From an uncultured bacterium (lineage in GTDB: Bacteria > Krumholzibacteriota > Krumholzibacteriia > Krumholzibacteriales > WJIX01), in the NCBI GenBank assembly GCA_964554125.1, contig CAZKNG010000005.1:1-59392 (forward strand): a stretch of DNA of 59,392 nucleotides. Direction: 5' to 3'. Within the stretch, counting starts at the first letter, position 1. Each line of letters begins with the position of its first letter. Below are positions 48,532-57,561 of this stretch, piece by piece. Below the pieces are notes generated by a model, which worked only from the letters and a program-made list of their open reading frames with translations, had not been told where the DNA came from and made no database searches. The translations under genes and the position numbers were made by a program.

Positions 48532-50078
48532 ACTATTTCAGACTGAAAAAACCATCCGGCAATCCTCTTGCCCCACCGGAATTTTATCAAACTAAAAATC
48601 TGCTCCACATCATCGGGTTTAAACAAACCTGACTGCCCGAAGACAAATCTGCATAAAAAAGGAAAGACAGCAATGGACAACAGGGATACCCACAGCCCCC
48701 AGAGAGTCGCTGCTGAAATACCAGCAGGTATTATAATCGCGACTATAACTATAACGCGTATAACACCCTTCCCTATTCCCCCGTAAAAGCCCTTCTTTCG
48801 GGCTATCAGGACGGCAGATAGCATCTGTGCGATAGAAGCAGCCAGCTGGGCGACCGCCATTCCCTTCAATCCCAAAAGGGAAACAAAAATTGGAAATCCT
48901 CCAAAATAGACGATCATCCAGATTAGATCGCAAAGAAGTGCCCATTTTATATAATGCAGCCCCTTCATCGTTACCAGAAGGGGGGCAATGAAAGCGGCAA
49001 CAGGTACTGTCGGCAAAAGGATCAATAAGATTGTATAGGCATCCCCATATCCTGCGCCGGCGATTAACAATATAACATCACGCCCCGTAATTGCAACTAT
49101 AGCAACCATTAGTAACGAAGCGACAAATGTTCCTTTTGTAAAGAGAACGATCTTCCTTTTGAATTCACCCCACCTGCCTTCTTCATAAATCCTGGTCACT
49201 TCAGGCTGAAGGGCAATAATAGGAAATCCCAGGAATCTCTTCAGAAACATATTTATCCTTGAAGCTATGTGAAATACGGAAATCATAGCTACAGGGAGCA
49301 TCGATGACATTGCAAAACGGTCAATATCGGTGAAAGCAAGCGCTACAAGGCTCAGGAGAAGACAATTTCCCCAGTATGGAAATAATTTGGGAAGGATGAT
49401 ATTGTCTTTTTTGATTATTTCTTTGCCGATAAGACGTTTTGACAAACTGATATAGAAAGGGAATCCAGTCAGGCAGACAAGAAAATTAATTACAAAAAGA
49501 GCGCGGAACAGGGAAACAGCACTCAGGCTGTTCCGTGTAAAGAAAATATATGCCGTAAAGAGACCCAGGCAGGAAAGCTCCAGAACCATCTGGGCGCTCA
49601 TAACCCTTAAACCTTTGAATGCCCCGTAAAGCAGCAACTTAAGCCCGAGTGTTATAGAAGCAAGCGTCAGCCAGAATATAATATCCCGGCTGATAAGGGA
49701 TTCCGTCAGTCTCGAAGGTATCCATCCCTTCCAGAGATCTGCTGAAGAATACAGCAGTGCGCCTAGAAATAGAACAATCCCCGTTGAGGTAAGGAAAAGA
49801 AGATAAGCCTTTTTCCTCATCCCTCTTCCCTGATAGGAAGGTATAAATCTCATAAGTACCTGCGGCAATCCAAGGAGAATCAATGTGGCAAGAAGAATAT
49901 GCAATCCTCTAAGAGCGATAAAGAGGCCGAACTCTTCTCCCCCCATAAAACGGCTGAGAAGTCCAAGCTGTGTCAGGGTAAAGACAACACTGAATATACC
50001 TGACACAGTAAGAGATACTGTGTTTTCCACTAACCTTGATTGCCCTGGTTCTATAGTTTTTTTATCCATTCGAACCAT
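48528..50078 (-). CDS. Polysaccharide flippase / oligosaccharide transporter (MOP/Wzx-like)
   Basis: About 12-14 hydrophobic helices, LSRFMG.EEFG, DIDRF; context among glycosyltransferases. Confidence 0.75.
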   Translation of the reverse strand: MVRMDKKTIEPGQSRLVENTVSLTVSGIFSVVFTLTQLGLLSRFMGGEEFGLFIALRGLHILLATLILLGLPQVLMRFIPSYQGRGMRKKAYLLFLTSTGIVLFLGALLYSSADLWKGWIPSRLTESLISRDIIFWLTLASITLGLKLLLYGAFKGLRVMSAQMVLELSCLGLFTAYIFFTRNSLSAVSLFRALFVINFLVCLTGFPFYISLSKRLIGKEIIKKDNIILPKLFPYWGNCLLLSLVALAFTDIDRFAMSSMLPVAMISVFHIASRINMFLKRFLGFPIIALQPEVTRIYEEGRWGEFKRKIVLFTKGTFVASLLMVAIVAITGRDVILLIAGAGYGDAYTILLILLPTVPVAAFIAPLLVTMKGLHYIKWALLCDLIWMIVYFGGFPIFVSLLGLKGMAVAQLAASIAQMLSAVLIARKKGFYGGIGKGVIRVIVIVAIIIPAGISAATLWGLWVSLLSIAVFPFLCRFVFGQSGLFKPDDVEQIFSLIKFRWGKRIAGWFFQSEIV

Positions 50079-51004
50079 CTTTTCCCTGATCTTACCACCG
50101 GATAGTTGAATTCTCTTCCACCCATCGACTCTTTAAAATAGATCAACCCTTTGTCTCCCCCGCTGCTTCCCATATTAAAGAATTTCATCTTTCTCCTGTA
50201 TGCTTCTTCTATAGCACGGAGAACAAGATAAGGGGAAACTCCATAACTTTTAGCTTCTTTAGAAACGCCGGCCTGCCATGCCTGTGCCATATCTCCATAA
50301 TAAAAATCCACGTGCCCTCCCAATAACCTGTTGTCGAGAAAGGCGCCCAGCATCAGAACATTGCTGTCCCCCTTCATGAACAATTGCATAAAAAGACTGA
50401 GGGGAAAAGGATGAACACCTCCCCATCCGGCTGCCATACCTGTGTAGATATCGTAAAAGTTTCGAACTTCCCCCTTTGTTTTCAGAGTTCTTACAACAAT
50501 ACCTGCTCTCTGGCAGCCATTGCATGCTTTTCTTTTGGAACTGTTCAGCTTGCTCATTCTATAATCCTCAAAACTACCCTTCAAATCAGCAATTCTGCAT
50601 TCGGCAACTTCGTACGGCCCGGCAGAAGAAAGCCATTCTTCCCAATCCGGATCAAATACTACAGCGGCCGCGTCAAGACACCTGAAAGATGTTGAGAGCT
50701 TTAGAAACCGCCCTACCAAACTCCTTGAAATATCTCCACTTTCTGCTATCGGTGTTCCGTATGTTCCGAAAGGGAGGCTGCGAATAAAATAAAAGATATT
50801 CCTTTTGATGAAAACAACAGGCATAAATCCTAAAAGGGTTTTTCCTGTTCTGGCTGTAATCCAACGAGCTGAAAACTCACTGAACGATGACTCAAGAATA
50901 TCAATCCAGATGGGAGTATTAAAAAAATTGCGGAATTTAATCTTATCTAGAAGTTTGTATATCTCCTCTTCTTCAACTCTTTCTTCAATCTCTATTTTGA
51001 CCAA
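50051..51004 (-). CDS. FemAB-like GNAT-family protein
   Basis: SLPFGTYG, KR..CN..QR.GI, FNMGSS...GL..FKESMG, typical of the double-GNAT FemAB-related family. Confidence 0.8.
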   Translation of the reverse strand: MVKIEIEERVEEEEIYKLLDKIKFRNFFNTPIWIDILESSFSEFSARWITARTGKTLLGFMPVVFIKRNIFYFIRSLPFGTYGTPIAESGDISRSLVGRFLKLSTSFRCLDAAAVVFDPDWEEWLSSAGPYEVAECRIADLKGSFEDYRMSKLNSSKRKACNGCQRAGIVVRTLKTKGEVRNFYDIYTGMAAGWGGVHPFPLSLFMQLFMKGDSNVLMLGAFLDNRLLGGHVDFYYGDMAQAWQAGVSKEAKSYGVSPYLVLRAIEEAYRRKMKFFNMGSSGGDKGLIYFKESMGGREFNYPVVRSGKRWFEWIKKL

Positions 51005-51031
51005 AATATTACTTCTCCGGAATGAATAATA

Positions 51032-52447
51032 TCAAGTATGTAAACCGGGCACTAGATTTCTTAGGCTCTCCAACATCTGATTTTTCTTTCCCTCTATGGC
51101 TGATTGAACCATTTTTTCTATCTTTTTATCCAATTCAGCGGGGATTTGTGACGAGGATCGAGCGAGGAATATCTTCTCCTGTTCAGATGAAACCAGATTT
51201 TCCTCCACATTTACAAGCTCTTCGAGGAGCTTCTCTCCGGGACGCAGTCCCGTAAATTCGATTGGTATTTCCTCATCCGGGATATGCCCTGTAAGTACAA
51301 TAATATCTTTTGCCATTTCAAGAATATTTATTGCCTCTCCCATATCAAGAATAAATATCTCTCCTCCAAGCCCCATTACAGAAGCCTCCAGCACTAGAAG
51401 TGCCGCTTCCTTTACTGTCATAAAGTAGCGGGCGGCCTGAGGATGGCTTACCGTAACAGGACCTCCCCTTTCAATCTGTTTTAGAAACAGGGGAACAACA
51501 CTACCCGAGCTTCCTATCACATTACCGAAACGCACAGATATAAAACGGCAATTATCGATGCACCCGTGAGCTGAGAAATACAATTCCATAACACGTTTAG
51601 AGGCCCCCATAACACCCCGGGGATTCGCTGCTTTATCTGTAGAGATAAACACAAAACGCTCAGTCTTAGCGTGCGCGGAAGCCCTTGCAAGATTCAGAGT
51701 TGTACCTACATTATTTATAATTGCTTCCTCGGGATCTTCCTCCATATAATGCACATGTTTATGGGCGGCTGTATGATATATGATATCGGGGGAAATGGTA
51801 CTAATCAGTCTTTCAGTCCTCTCCGGATTCCTCAGATTGTTGATGACTGTCGATATCTTGATATCTTTGAATTTCGTTTTCAATTCTTCTTCAATCTCAA
51901 ATATCCTGTTCTCACCCCTCCCCAGAAGTACAAGTTCAGCGGGCTTTACATGAGAAATATAACGGCAGAGTTCACTCCCTATCGTTCCACCGGCTCCAGT
52001 TACCAGAACTCTCCTTCCGGATAGAGCGGGTTTGATATAATCGAGTTCAAAATCAACCGTCTCTCTTCCCAGAAGATCTTCAACACGAACCTCACGAATC
52101 TGATTAATGCTGACATCACCCTTGATTATCTCCATAACACCGGGAACTATCTTATAGGGAGTCTTCGCTCGACCGCATAGATGTATCATATTCCTTACAA
52201 ATGAGCGGGGAGCTGTCGGGATCGCGATTATAATCTCATCGATCCTTTTATCCAGCACAAACTCTTCCAGACGTGAGGTCTTTCCGAGAACCGGAATACC
52301 GTCAATTTTCATGCCGTCAAGGTCGGGGTTATCATCCAGCAGACCAATAACAACCAGTCCAAGTTCTTTATTTTCCTTTATCCTGGAAACTACCATTCTG
52401 GCAGCTTCACCCGCCCCCACGATGAGAATTCTTTTTCTCTTAATCAC
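51032..52447 (-). CDS. Nucleoside-diphosphate-sugar 4,6-dehydratase (CapD/PglF-like), soluble form
   Basis: IVGAGEA, EDLLGRE, TGAGGTIGSEL, HTAAHKHV, ISTDKA.NP.GVMGASKR, VRFGNVIGSSGSVVP, GLRPGEKL. Confidence 0.93.
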   Translation of the reverse strand: MIKRKRILIVGAGEAARMVVSRIKENKELGLVVIGLLDDNPDLDGMKIDGIPVLGKTSRLEEFVLDKRIDEIIIAIPTAPRSFVRNMIHLCGRAKTPYKIVPGVMEIIKGDVSINQIREVRVEDLLGRETVDFELDYIKPALSGRRVLVTGAGGTIGSELCRYISHVKPAELVLLGRGENRIFEIEEELKTKFKDIKISTVINNLRNPERTERLISTISPDIIYHTAAHKHVHYMEEDPEEAIINNVGTTLNLARASAHAKTERFVFISTDKAANPRGVMGASKRVMELYFSAHGCIDNCRFISVRFGNVIGSSGSVVPLFLKQIERGGPVTVSHPQAARYFMTVKEAALLVLEASVMGLGGEIFILDMGEAINILEMAKDIIVLTGHIPDEEIPIEFTGLRPGEKLLEELVNVEENLVSSEQEKIFLARSSSQIPAELDKKIEKMVQSAIEGKKNQMLESLRNLVPGLHT

Positions 52448-54732
52448 CTTACAACCGCAACCTTTCTTATCTCTGAACTGTTACTTCCGATAACCCTAAC
52501 AATATATATGCCGGAGACGGCTTTAAATCCATTAATTGTGAGAATATCCCATATCGCTTCCCCGTCAGAAATATTCTTCTTTTCGTGCACGAGCTCCCCT
52601 TCGATATTGTAAATTTTCACATCCACACTACCAGATATACCGGAAATCCTTAGTTCATCATCACCGTTGTAACAATTTACCGGATTCGGATAGAGAAATA
52701 ATTCCGAAAGGGGTCTTTGTTCCAGCGAAAGAATTCCCATATCAATACAGGCGAGGCCTTTTCCCGTTCCAACCCACATTTTGTTGTTCACTCTATCGAA
52801 AGCGAGAGATTTGCAATAAGCATCGGGCAGCGGTGAAATCACTGAATTGGGATATTTGATCTGAAGATTAGATCTCCAGTAATCATAGGTCGTATATATC
52901 CCCTTAACTTCACCATCCCTGTCGATAATATTCAATCCGGCGCTTGTTGCAACCCATATATTCCCGAAATCATCTTTCTCTAAATCATTTACCTCATTGT
53001 TTAATATCTTCCTCTTCTCATCGGTTAAACCGCTTGTGTAGATGAACAAGTTCCCACTACCATCCTGCTTCAGTAATTCTCCCCCGGTCGCTACCCATAA
53101 ATTATCTCCAATAACCTCCAGAGCGTTCAGTTCAGTGCTTGCAAGATCCGTTTGATCAACAGCGGTATACCAATAATCATCACTTTGGTCCTTAAGCGAC
53201 GACCATTCAAATCCACCTGTGTTCCACACCTGGACACCGTCATCATTGATAGCCAGATAAGCACTGGAACCGTCAAAAACACAGTCCCTTACATTGGGTC
53301 CATCGATATCACTGTTAGCAGGTGTTATACTTATCCACTCGGTTAAAGACGCGTTTACAATATCTATCCCCCATCCTTTCGAAGGATAATCGTCATCAGA
53401 AAGAAACCAGATATTACCAGCGGGATCTTCCGCGATATTTATATGCCTTGAAGATATTCCGTCGTCATCTCTGGTAAATCTATTCCAAATGTCATCTTCA
53501 GCAATAAGCCGTTCTCCAAGTTCAACCATATCAAGTGGTCTTTCAAGCGCGCTACTCCACAGCCTCCCGTTTGAGTCACAGATAAGTGCAATATTATAAT
53601 CGAGATAGGAGAGGGAATCTGTATATGAAATCCATTCGTTATTACCTGAATTATAACAAACTCCAAAGAAAGTCGTACTCACCCATACCCCTCCCTCGGG
53701 ATCCATATCGACCCTTCTGATTATATTAGAATTAAGTCCCCCCGGATCCCCCGTTATCCACGCACCTCCGTCATAAGAGCAGATATGCACTCCCCTCCCG
53801 GGTCTTACAGCGCTTTCACCACCAATCCAGGGCATACCCTCATCGTCAATACCAAGGGCCCTCAGATCGAATCTCCCCCATAATTTATATTCGGAATAGA
53901 ATAAATCCTCCATTCCCCCGGGATCAACGCTCCGCCATACAGATGATGAAATGTCCCAGTTATAAAGTCTGTCAACTGTTATACAAAAAAGCTCCCCGCC
54001 TCCTGAGGCTACAGCAACAAAGGGATATTTGTCGGGACCGGCGGGAAATCCCAACACGGACCATATTCCGTCATCTAAAAACTGTATGCTGCTGTCTGTG
54101 GCGCAATAGATATTACCGTTAAAAAAAGATAGAGAAAGAGCATTGCCGATAGGGAAGAAATCATAATCAAAAGTTTTTCTATTGAATCTCGACACACCGT
54201 CCGAACCAGCTACCCATAGAATAGTATCGTTAACAGAAAAAATATCATTTATATTTGTACCGTCCAGACTGTCAGTAAGTACTATTTCCCCTGAAGGAAT
54301 CTTTTCCGCAAATTTACCTATACCTCTTACTGTCCCATAGTATATTTCATTATCGACGTTGGTTATACAGGTTACACTGTCACTTATTAAACCGTAATCT
54401 TCTGTAAACCAATTCACCTCCTGATCTGTAATCCTTATACGGGCTACTCCGTATCCTCTGAATCCCGCCCAGATATCATTATTCGCGTCAACAGTAACCG
54501 CTTCTACATTACTCGATCGTAATTCAAGGCCGCTTAAATAAGAGGTATAGACCGAATCACTCTTGTCAAAGAGCATAATTCCGCCGCCCGTAGCACACCA
54601 CAGACTATCCCCCACCACCTCTATCTCGTTCACCTTGCTTTGAGATATATAAACATCCCAGTTTATATCAGCTTGGGCTGCTGAACCGGGAAATATAACT
54701 GCCGCGGCAAATAACAGAATAAAATATTTCAT
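52444..54732 (-). CDS. Secreted beta-propeller protein (two-component-regulator propeller repeats) with a C-terminal T9SS-type/FlgD-like Ig domain; PorZ-like
   Basis: Signal peptide; repeated D..G..W..T..G motifs; C-terminal LFLYPNP...VKIYNIEGELV...WD...SGIYIVRV...KVAVVR. Confidence 0.75.
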   Translation of the reverse strand: MKYFILLFAAAVIFPGSAAQADINWDVYISQSKVNEIEVVGDSLWCATGGGIMLFDKSDSVYTSYLSGLELRSSNVEAVTVDANNDIWAGFRGYGVARIRITDQEVNWFTEDYGLISDSVTCITNVDNEIYYGTVRGIGKFAEKIPSGEIVLTDSLDGTNINDIFSVNDTILWVAGSDGVSRFNRKTFDYDFFPIGNALSLSFFNGNIYCATDSSIQFLDDGIWSVLGFPAGPDKYPFVAVASGGGELFCITVDRLYNWDISSSVWRSVDPGGMEDLFYSEYKLWGRFDLRALGIDDEGMPWIGGESAVRPGRGVHICSYDGGAWITGDPGGLNSNIIRRVDMDPEGGVWVSTTFFGVCYNSGNNEWISYTDSLSYLDYNIALICDSNGRLWSSALERPLDMVELGERLIAEDDIWNRFTRDDDGISSRHINIAEDPAGNIWFLSDDDYPSKGWGIDIVNASLTEWISITPANSDIDGPNVRDCVFDGSSAYLAINDDGVQVWNTGGFEWSSLKDQSDDYWYTAVDQTDLASTELNALEVIGDNLWVATGGELLKQDGSGNLFIYTSGLTDEKRKILNNEVNDLEKDDFGNIWVATSAGLNIIDRDGEVKGIYTTYDYWRSNLQIKYPNSVISPLPDAYCKSLAFDRVNNKMWVGTGKGLACIDMGILSLEQRPLSELFLYPNPVNCYNGDDELRISGISGSVDVKIYNIEGELVHEKKNISDGEAIWDILTINGFKAVSGIYIVRVIGSNSSEIRKVAVVR

Positions 54733-56807
54733 TATTCCCCATCCTCAATATAAAACCATTCGGGATAACTCCCTGACAAGGATACTTGAAACGATTTAAA
54801 TATTAATAATATATAATTTGTTAAAGACTGCTTCTGCAGTTCAACTATCTCATCTTCAATTAAAGCGGGAAAACTGCCGGTGTGCAAAATTCTCCATCGT
54901 CCAGTGATTCCCGGTTTGTAATAAGCGCCTTCTAAGCCGAAGCGAGTTATACTATTCTCGGAGAGAAGAGCCGGAGCCCCTACAAAACTCAACTTTCCTT
55001 TCAAAACTGAGGAGTATAATCCGGGTTTGAAAATATCACTTGCTTCCCTACCCGACCCGAGTACTATCCTCGGCCACAATATTCCCCTTTTACCTCCCGC
55101 GAATCTCCTCTCGCTGTAAAAGGAGATATTACCTCTGCACTTTCCGTACAACTTCAAAAATAAAAAAAGTACTGTTGAAATAGGTAATAGCAAAGATGAC
55201 AGGAAAATGTCAAAAACACGTTTTATCAACTTTCTCAATTGAAAGGTAGAGCCCCTCTCAACAGAGAACAGATAATCTCCTCCTATATTGTCAACCCTTA
55301 CTCTGGAGCTCAGGAAACGAGCAACAGGCGAAACAATTCTTATCTGGATAGTACTGAATTTATTGCTTGATACTAAAGTGAACATTATATCGGTGTTCTC
55401 GAATGACGGAAAAATAAATATTTCATGAATTTTAAATCTATCGATAATTTCAACAATTTCATCAGGTCTGCCCAAAGAATCCTCTTCATAATTAATATGA
55501 CCCGCTATATCCAACCCCAGCTCAGGGGAAGAAGAAACAGATTCGAGAAAAGTTTCTGTTTCTTCCCTTTCGGCAACCAGCCCCACCCTTTTGCGGTCAA
55601 ATCCGGCTTTAACAAATACCCGATGTACTGTTCGAACAAGTTTTCTGAAGGTAAAAACAATAATAATTCCTAGAACACCCTGGCCCAGTATAACTACCCT
55701 TGAATATATTCTAATACGAAGCAGATAGGTCGAGGTCATTATCACAGTCAACGACACAAGGACTGCTTTTATGATTCTGCTGAACTCCTCTATGGAACTT
55801 GTTTCACGCCTGATACTGTAGAGCTTTCCGAAAAAGAAGGAGAATAAAAATATAATGTTATAGAAATAGATGAAATATTCATACCAGGATAACGGGTACA
55901 AGCCATGCGCGAAAAGGGGGTCCGCGAGCGCGCGAAGCCAATATGCCAGGAAGAAGCTTCCGTTAATTGCTAAAATATCGACAATAACAAAAGTCAGTGA
56001 TTTTATCACCGACCTGTGTCTCTTTAAAAAATAGAATACTACATTCCATTTATCATAATATTTCAGTAAACTGAGAAGATGAATCAAGAAGGGCTTACGG
56101 AACATGGAGCGTGAACTCGATCTCATATATAAATGGGTCATAACGGACTTAGGCAGATAATAAACATTCCATCCAGACTGTTTTATCCGGTAACACCAGT
56201 CAACATCTTCAAAATAAAGGAAAAACCTTTCATCCATCATTCCGATTTTTTCAATTACTTCAGCTCTGACCATCATGCAGGCTCCGAGAATCCAGTCCAC
56301 GCACCTGACTTTTTGATGATCATAATCCAGCAGGAGATGCTTACGCAATGACTTAGCTCTTGGAAACAGCTTGCCTAAGAATGTCCGCCGGAGGAAAAGA
56401 GCCTTTATCGTATAGAAAGAGCGGCAGGAATATTGCAGAGACCCGTCAGAGTTAAGCAGCTTTGACCCTGCCATAGCCGCATCCGGCGTGTTCTCCATAA
56501 AATCAAATAATCTGTCTATCGATTTTTCTCCCACTACTATATCGGGGTTAAGGATCAAAACCATACGTCCTTTTGAAAGAGAAACCCCCTGATTTACTCC
56601 CCTTGAATATCCTTTGTTTCTACTGTTTGCTTCTACTCTGACATTATTGAATTCGCTGCTCACAAAATCAGGCGTACCATCTTTACTGGCATTATCTATT
56701 ACTATTATTTCATAATCACAGGAAGGAGGATATTCTTTAAGACTGGAAATGCATTTTCCAATTACATTCTTGCTGTTGTAAGTAACAATAACTATTGAAA
56801 GATCCAT
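54732..56807 (-). CDS. Fusion of an N-terminal GT2 glycosyltransferase with a WcaJ-like membrane domain and a degenerate phosphoglycosyltransferase domain
   Basis: SIVIVTYNS, DNASKDG, N.GYSRG.N, LNPD, GACMM, FFLYFEDVDWC; then TM helices, KRVFDI and KPGITG. Confidence 0.85.
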   Translation of the reverse strand: MDLSIVIVTYNSKNVIGKCISSLKEYPPSCDYEIIVIDNASKDGTPDFVSSEFNNVRVEANSRNKGYSRGVNQGVSLSKGRMVLILNPDIVVGEKSIDRLFDFMENTPDAAMAGSKLLNSDGSLQYSCRSFYTIKALFLRRTFLGKLFPRAKSLRKHLLLDYDHQKVRCVDWILGACMMVRAEVIEKIGMMDERFFLYFEDVDWCYRIKQSGWNVYYLPKSVMTHLYMRSSSRSMFRKPFLIHLLSLLKYYDKWNVVFYFLKRHRSVIKSLTFVIVDILAINGSFFLAYWLRALADPLFAHGLYPLSWYEYFIYFYNIIFLFSFFFGKLYSIRRETSSIEEFSRIIKAVLVSLTVIMTSTYLLRIRIYSRVVILGQGVLGIIIVFTFRKLVRTVHRVFVKAGFDRKRVGLVAEREETETFLESVSSSPELGLDIAGHINYEEDSLGRPDEIVEIIDRFKIHEIFIFPSFENTDIMFTLVSSNKFSTIQIRIVSPVARFLSSRVRVDNIGGDYLFSVERGSTFQLRKLIKRVFDIFLSSLLLPISTVLFLFLKLYGKCRGNISFYSERRFAGGKRGILWPRIVLGSGREASDIFKPGLYSSVLKGKLSFVGAPALLSENSITRFGLEGAYYKPGITGRWRILHTGSFPALIEDEIVELQKQSLTNYILLIFKSFQVSLSGSYPEWFYIEDGE

Positions 56808-56833
56808 AAAGAATTTGTCTTTTCAAATTAGAA

Positions 56834-57559
56834 TTATTTAAACTTTCTCAGATGCCTAATACTCATAAACCTTAAACGCCATACCAGAAAAACAGCTTCC
56901 CAAACAATCTTTTTCGACATTTTAGAGACGCCAACTCTTCTATCTGTGAAAACTACAGGGATCTCTTTGATCCGGAAACCCTTTTTCCAGCACAGGTAAT
57001 TCATCTCGATCTGAAATGAGTACCCATCACTGTGGACCCTTTCGAGGGGCATTTCCTCCAGGACTTCGCGCCTGAAACATTTAAAACCCCCCGTTGAATC
57101 TGTGAGCGGAAGCCCCGTAATAATTCTTGTATATAAATTCGCCCCATAACTCAGGATCAATCGGCGCAGGGGCCAGTTGACAACTGTTATCCCCTTCAGA
57201 TATCGGGATCCAACCACCAGATCGTTATTTCGGATTGCGTCGAGAAACCGGAGGATATCCTCCGGGTTATGAGAAAAATCAGCGTCCATCTCAAAAATAT
57301 ATTTTGCGGGAGTGTTGGCTAAAGCCCATTTGAACCCGGCTATGTAAGCTGACCCCAAACCCATTTTACCCTGTCTGTGAATGACATTAACTCTTTCTTC
57401 TCCCTCTGCTATTGTTTCGGCAATCTCGCCGGTTCCATCGGGAGAGTTGTCATCAACAATCAATACTCCGAGATTGTCCGAAACTCCCAGAACAGCATTT
57501 ATTATCTCCCGAACATTCTCCTCTTCATTATACGTGGGAATTACAACAAGAGCATCCAA
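56834..57559 (-). CDS. Polyprenol monophosphomannose synthase (DPM1-like GT2)
   Basis: VIPTYNE, VDDNSPDGTG, GLGSAYIAGF, EMDADFSH, GSRY, D.TGGFKCFRR, GYSFQIE, F.DR..G.SKM. Confidence 0.93.
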   Translation of the reverse strand: MDALVVIPTYNEEENVREIINAVLGVSDNLGVLIVDDNSPDGTGEIAETIAEGEERVNVIHRQGKMGLGSAYIAGFKWALANTPAKYIFEMDADFSHNPEDILRFLDAIRNNDLVVGSRYLKGITVVNWPLRRLILSYGANLYTRIITGLPLTDSTGGFKCFRREVLEEMPLERVHSDGYSFQIEMNYLCWKKGFRIKEIPVVFTDRRVGVSKMSKKIVWEAVFLVWRLRFMSIRHLRKFK

Positions 57560-57561
57560 TT

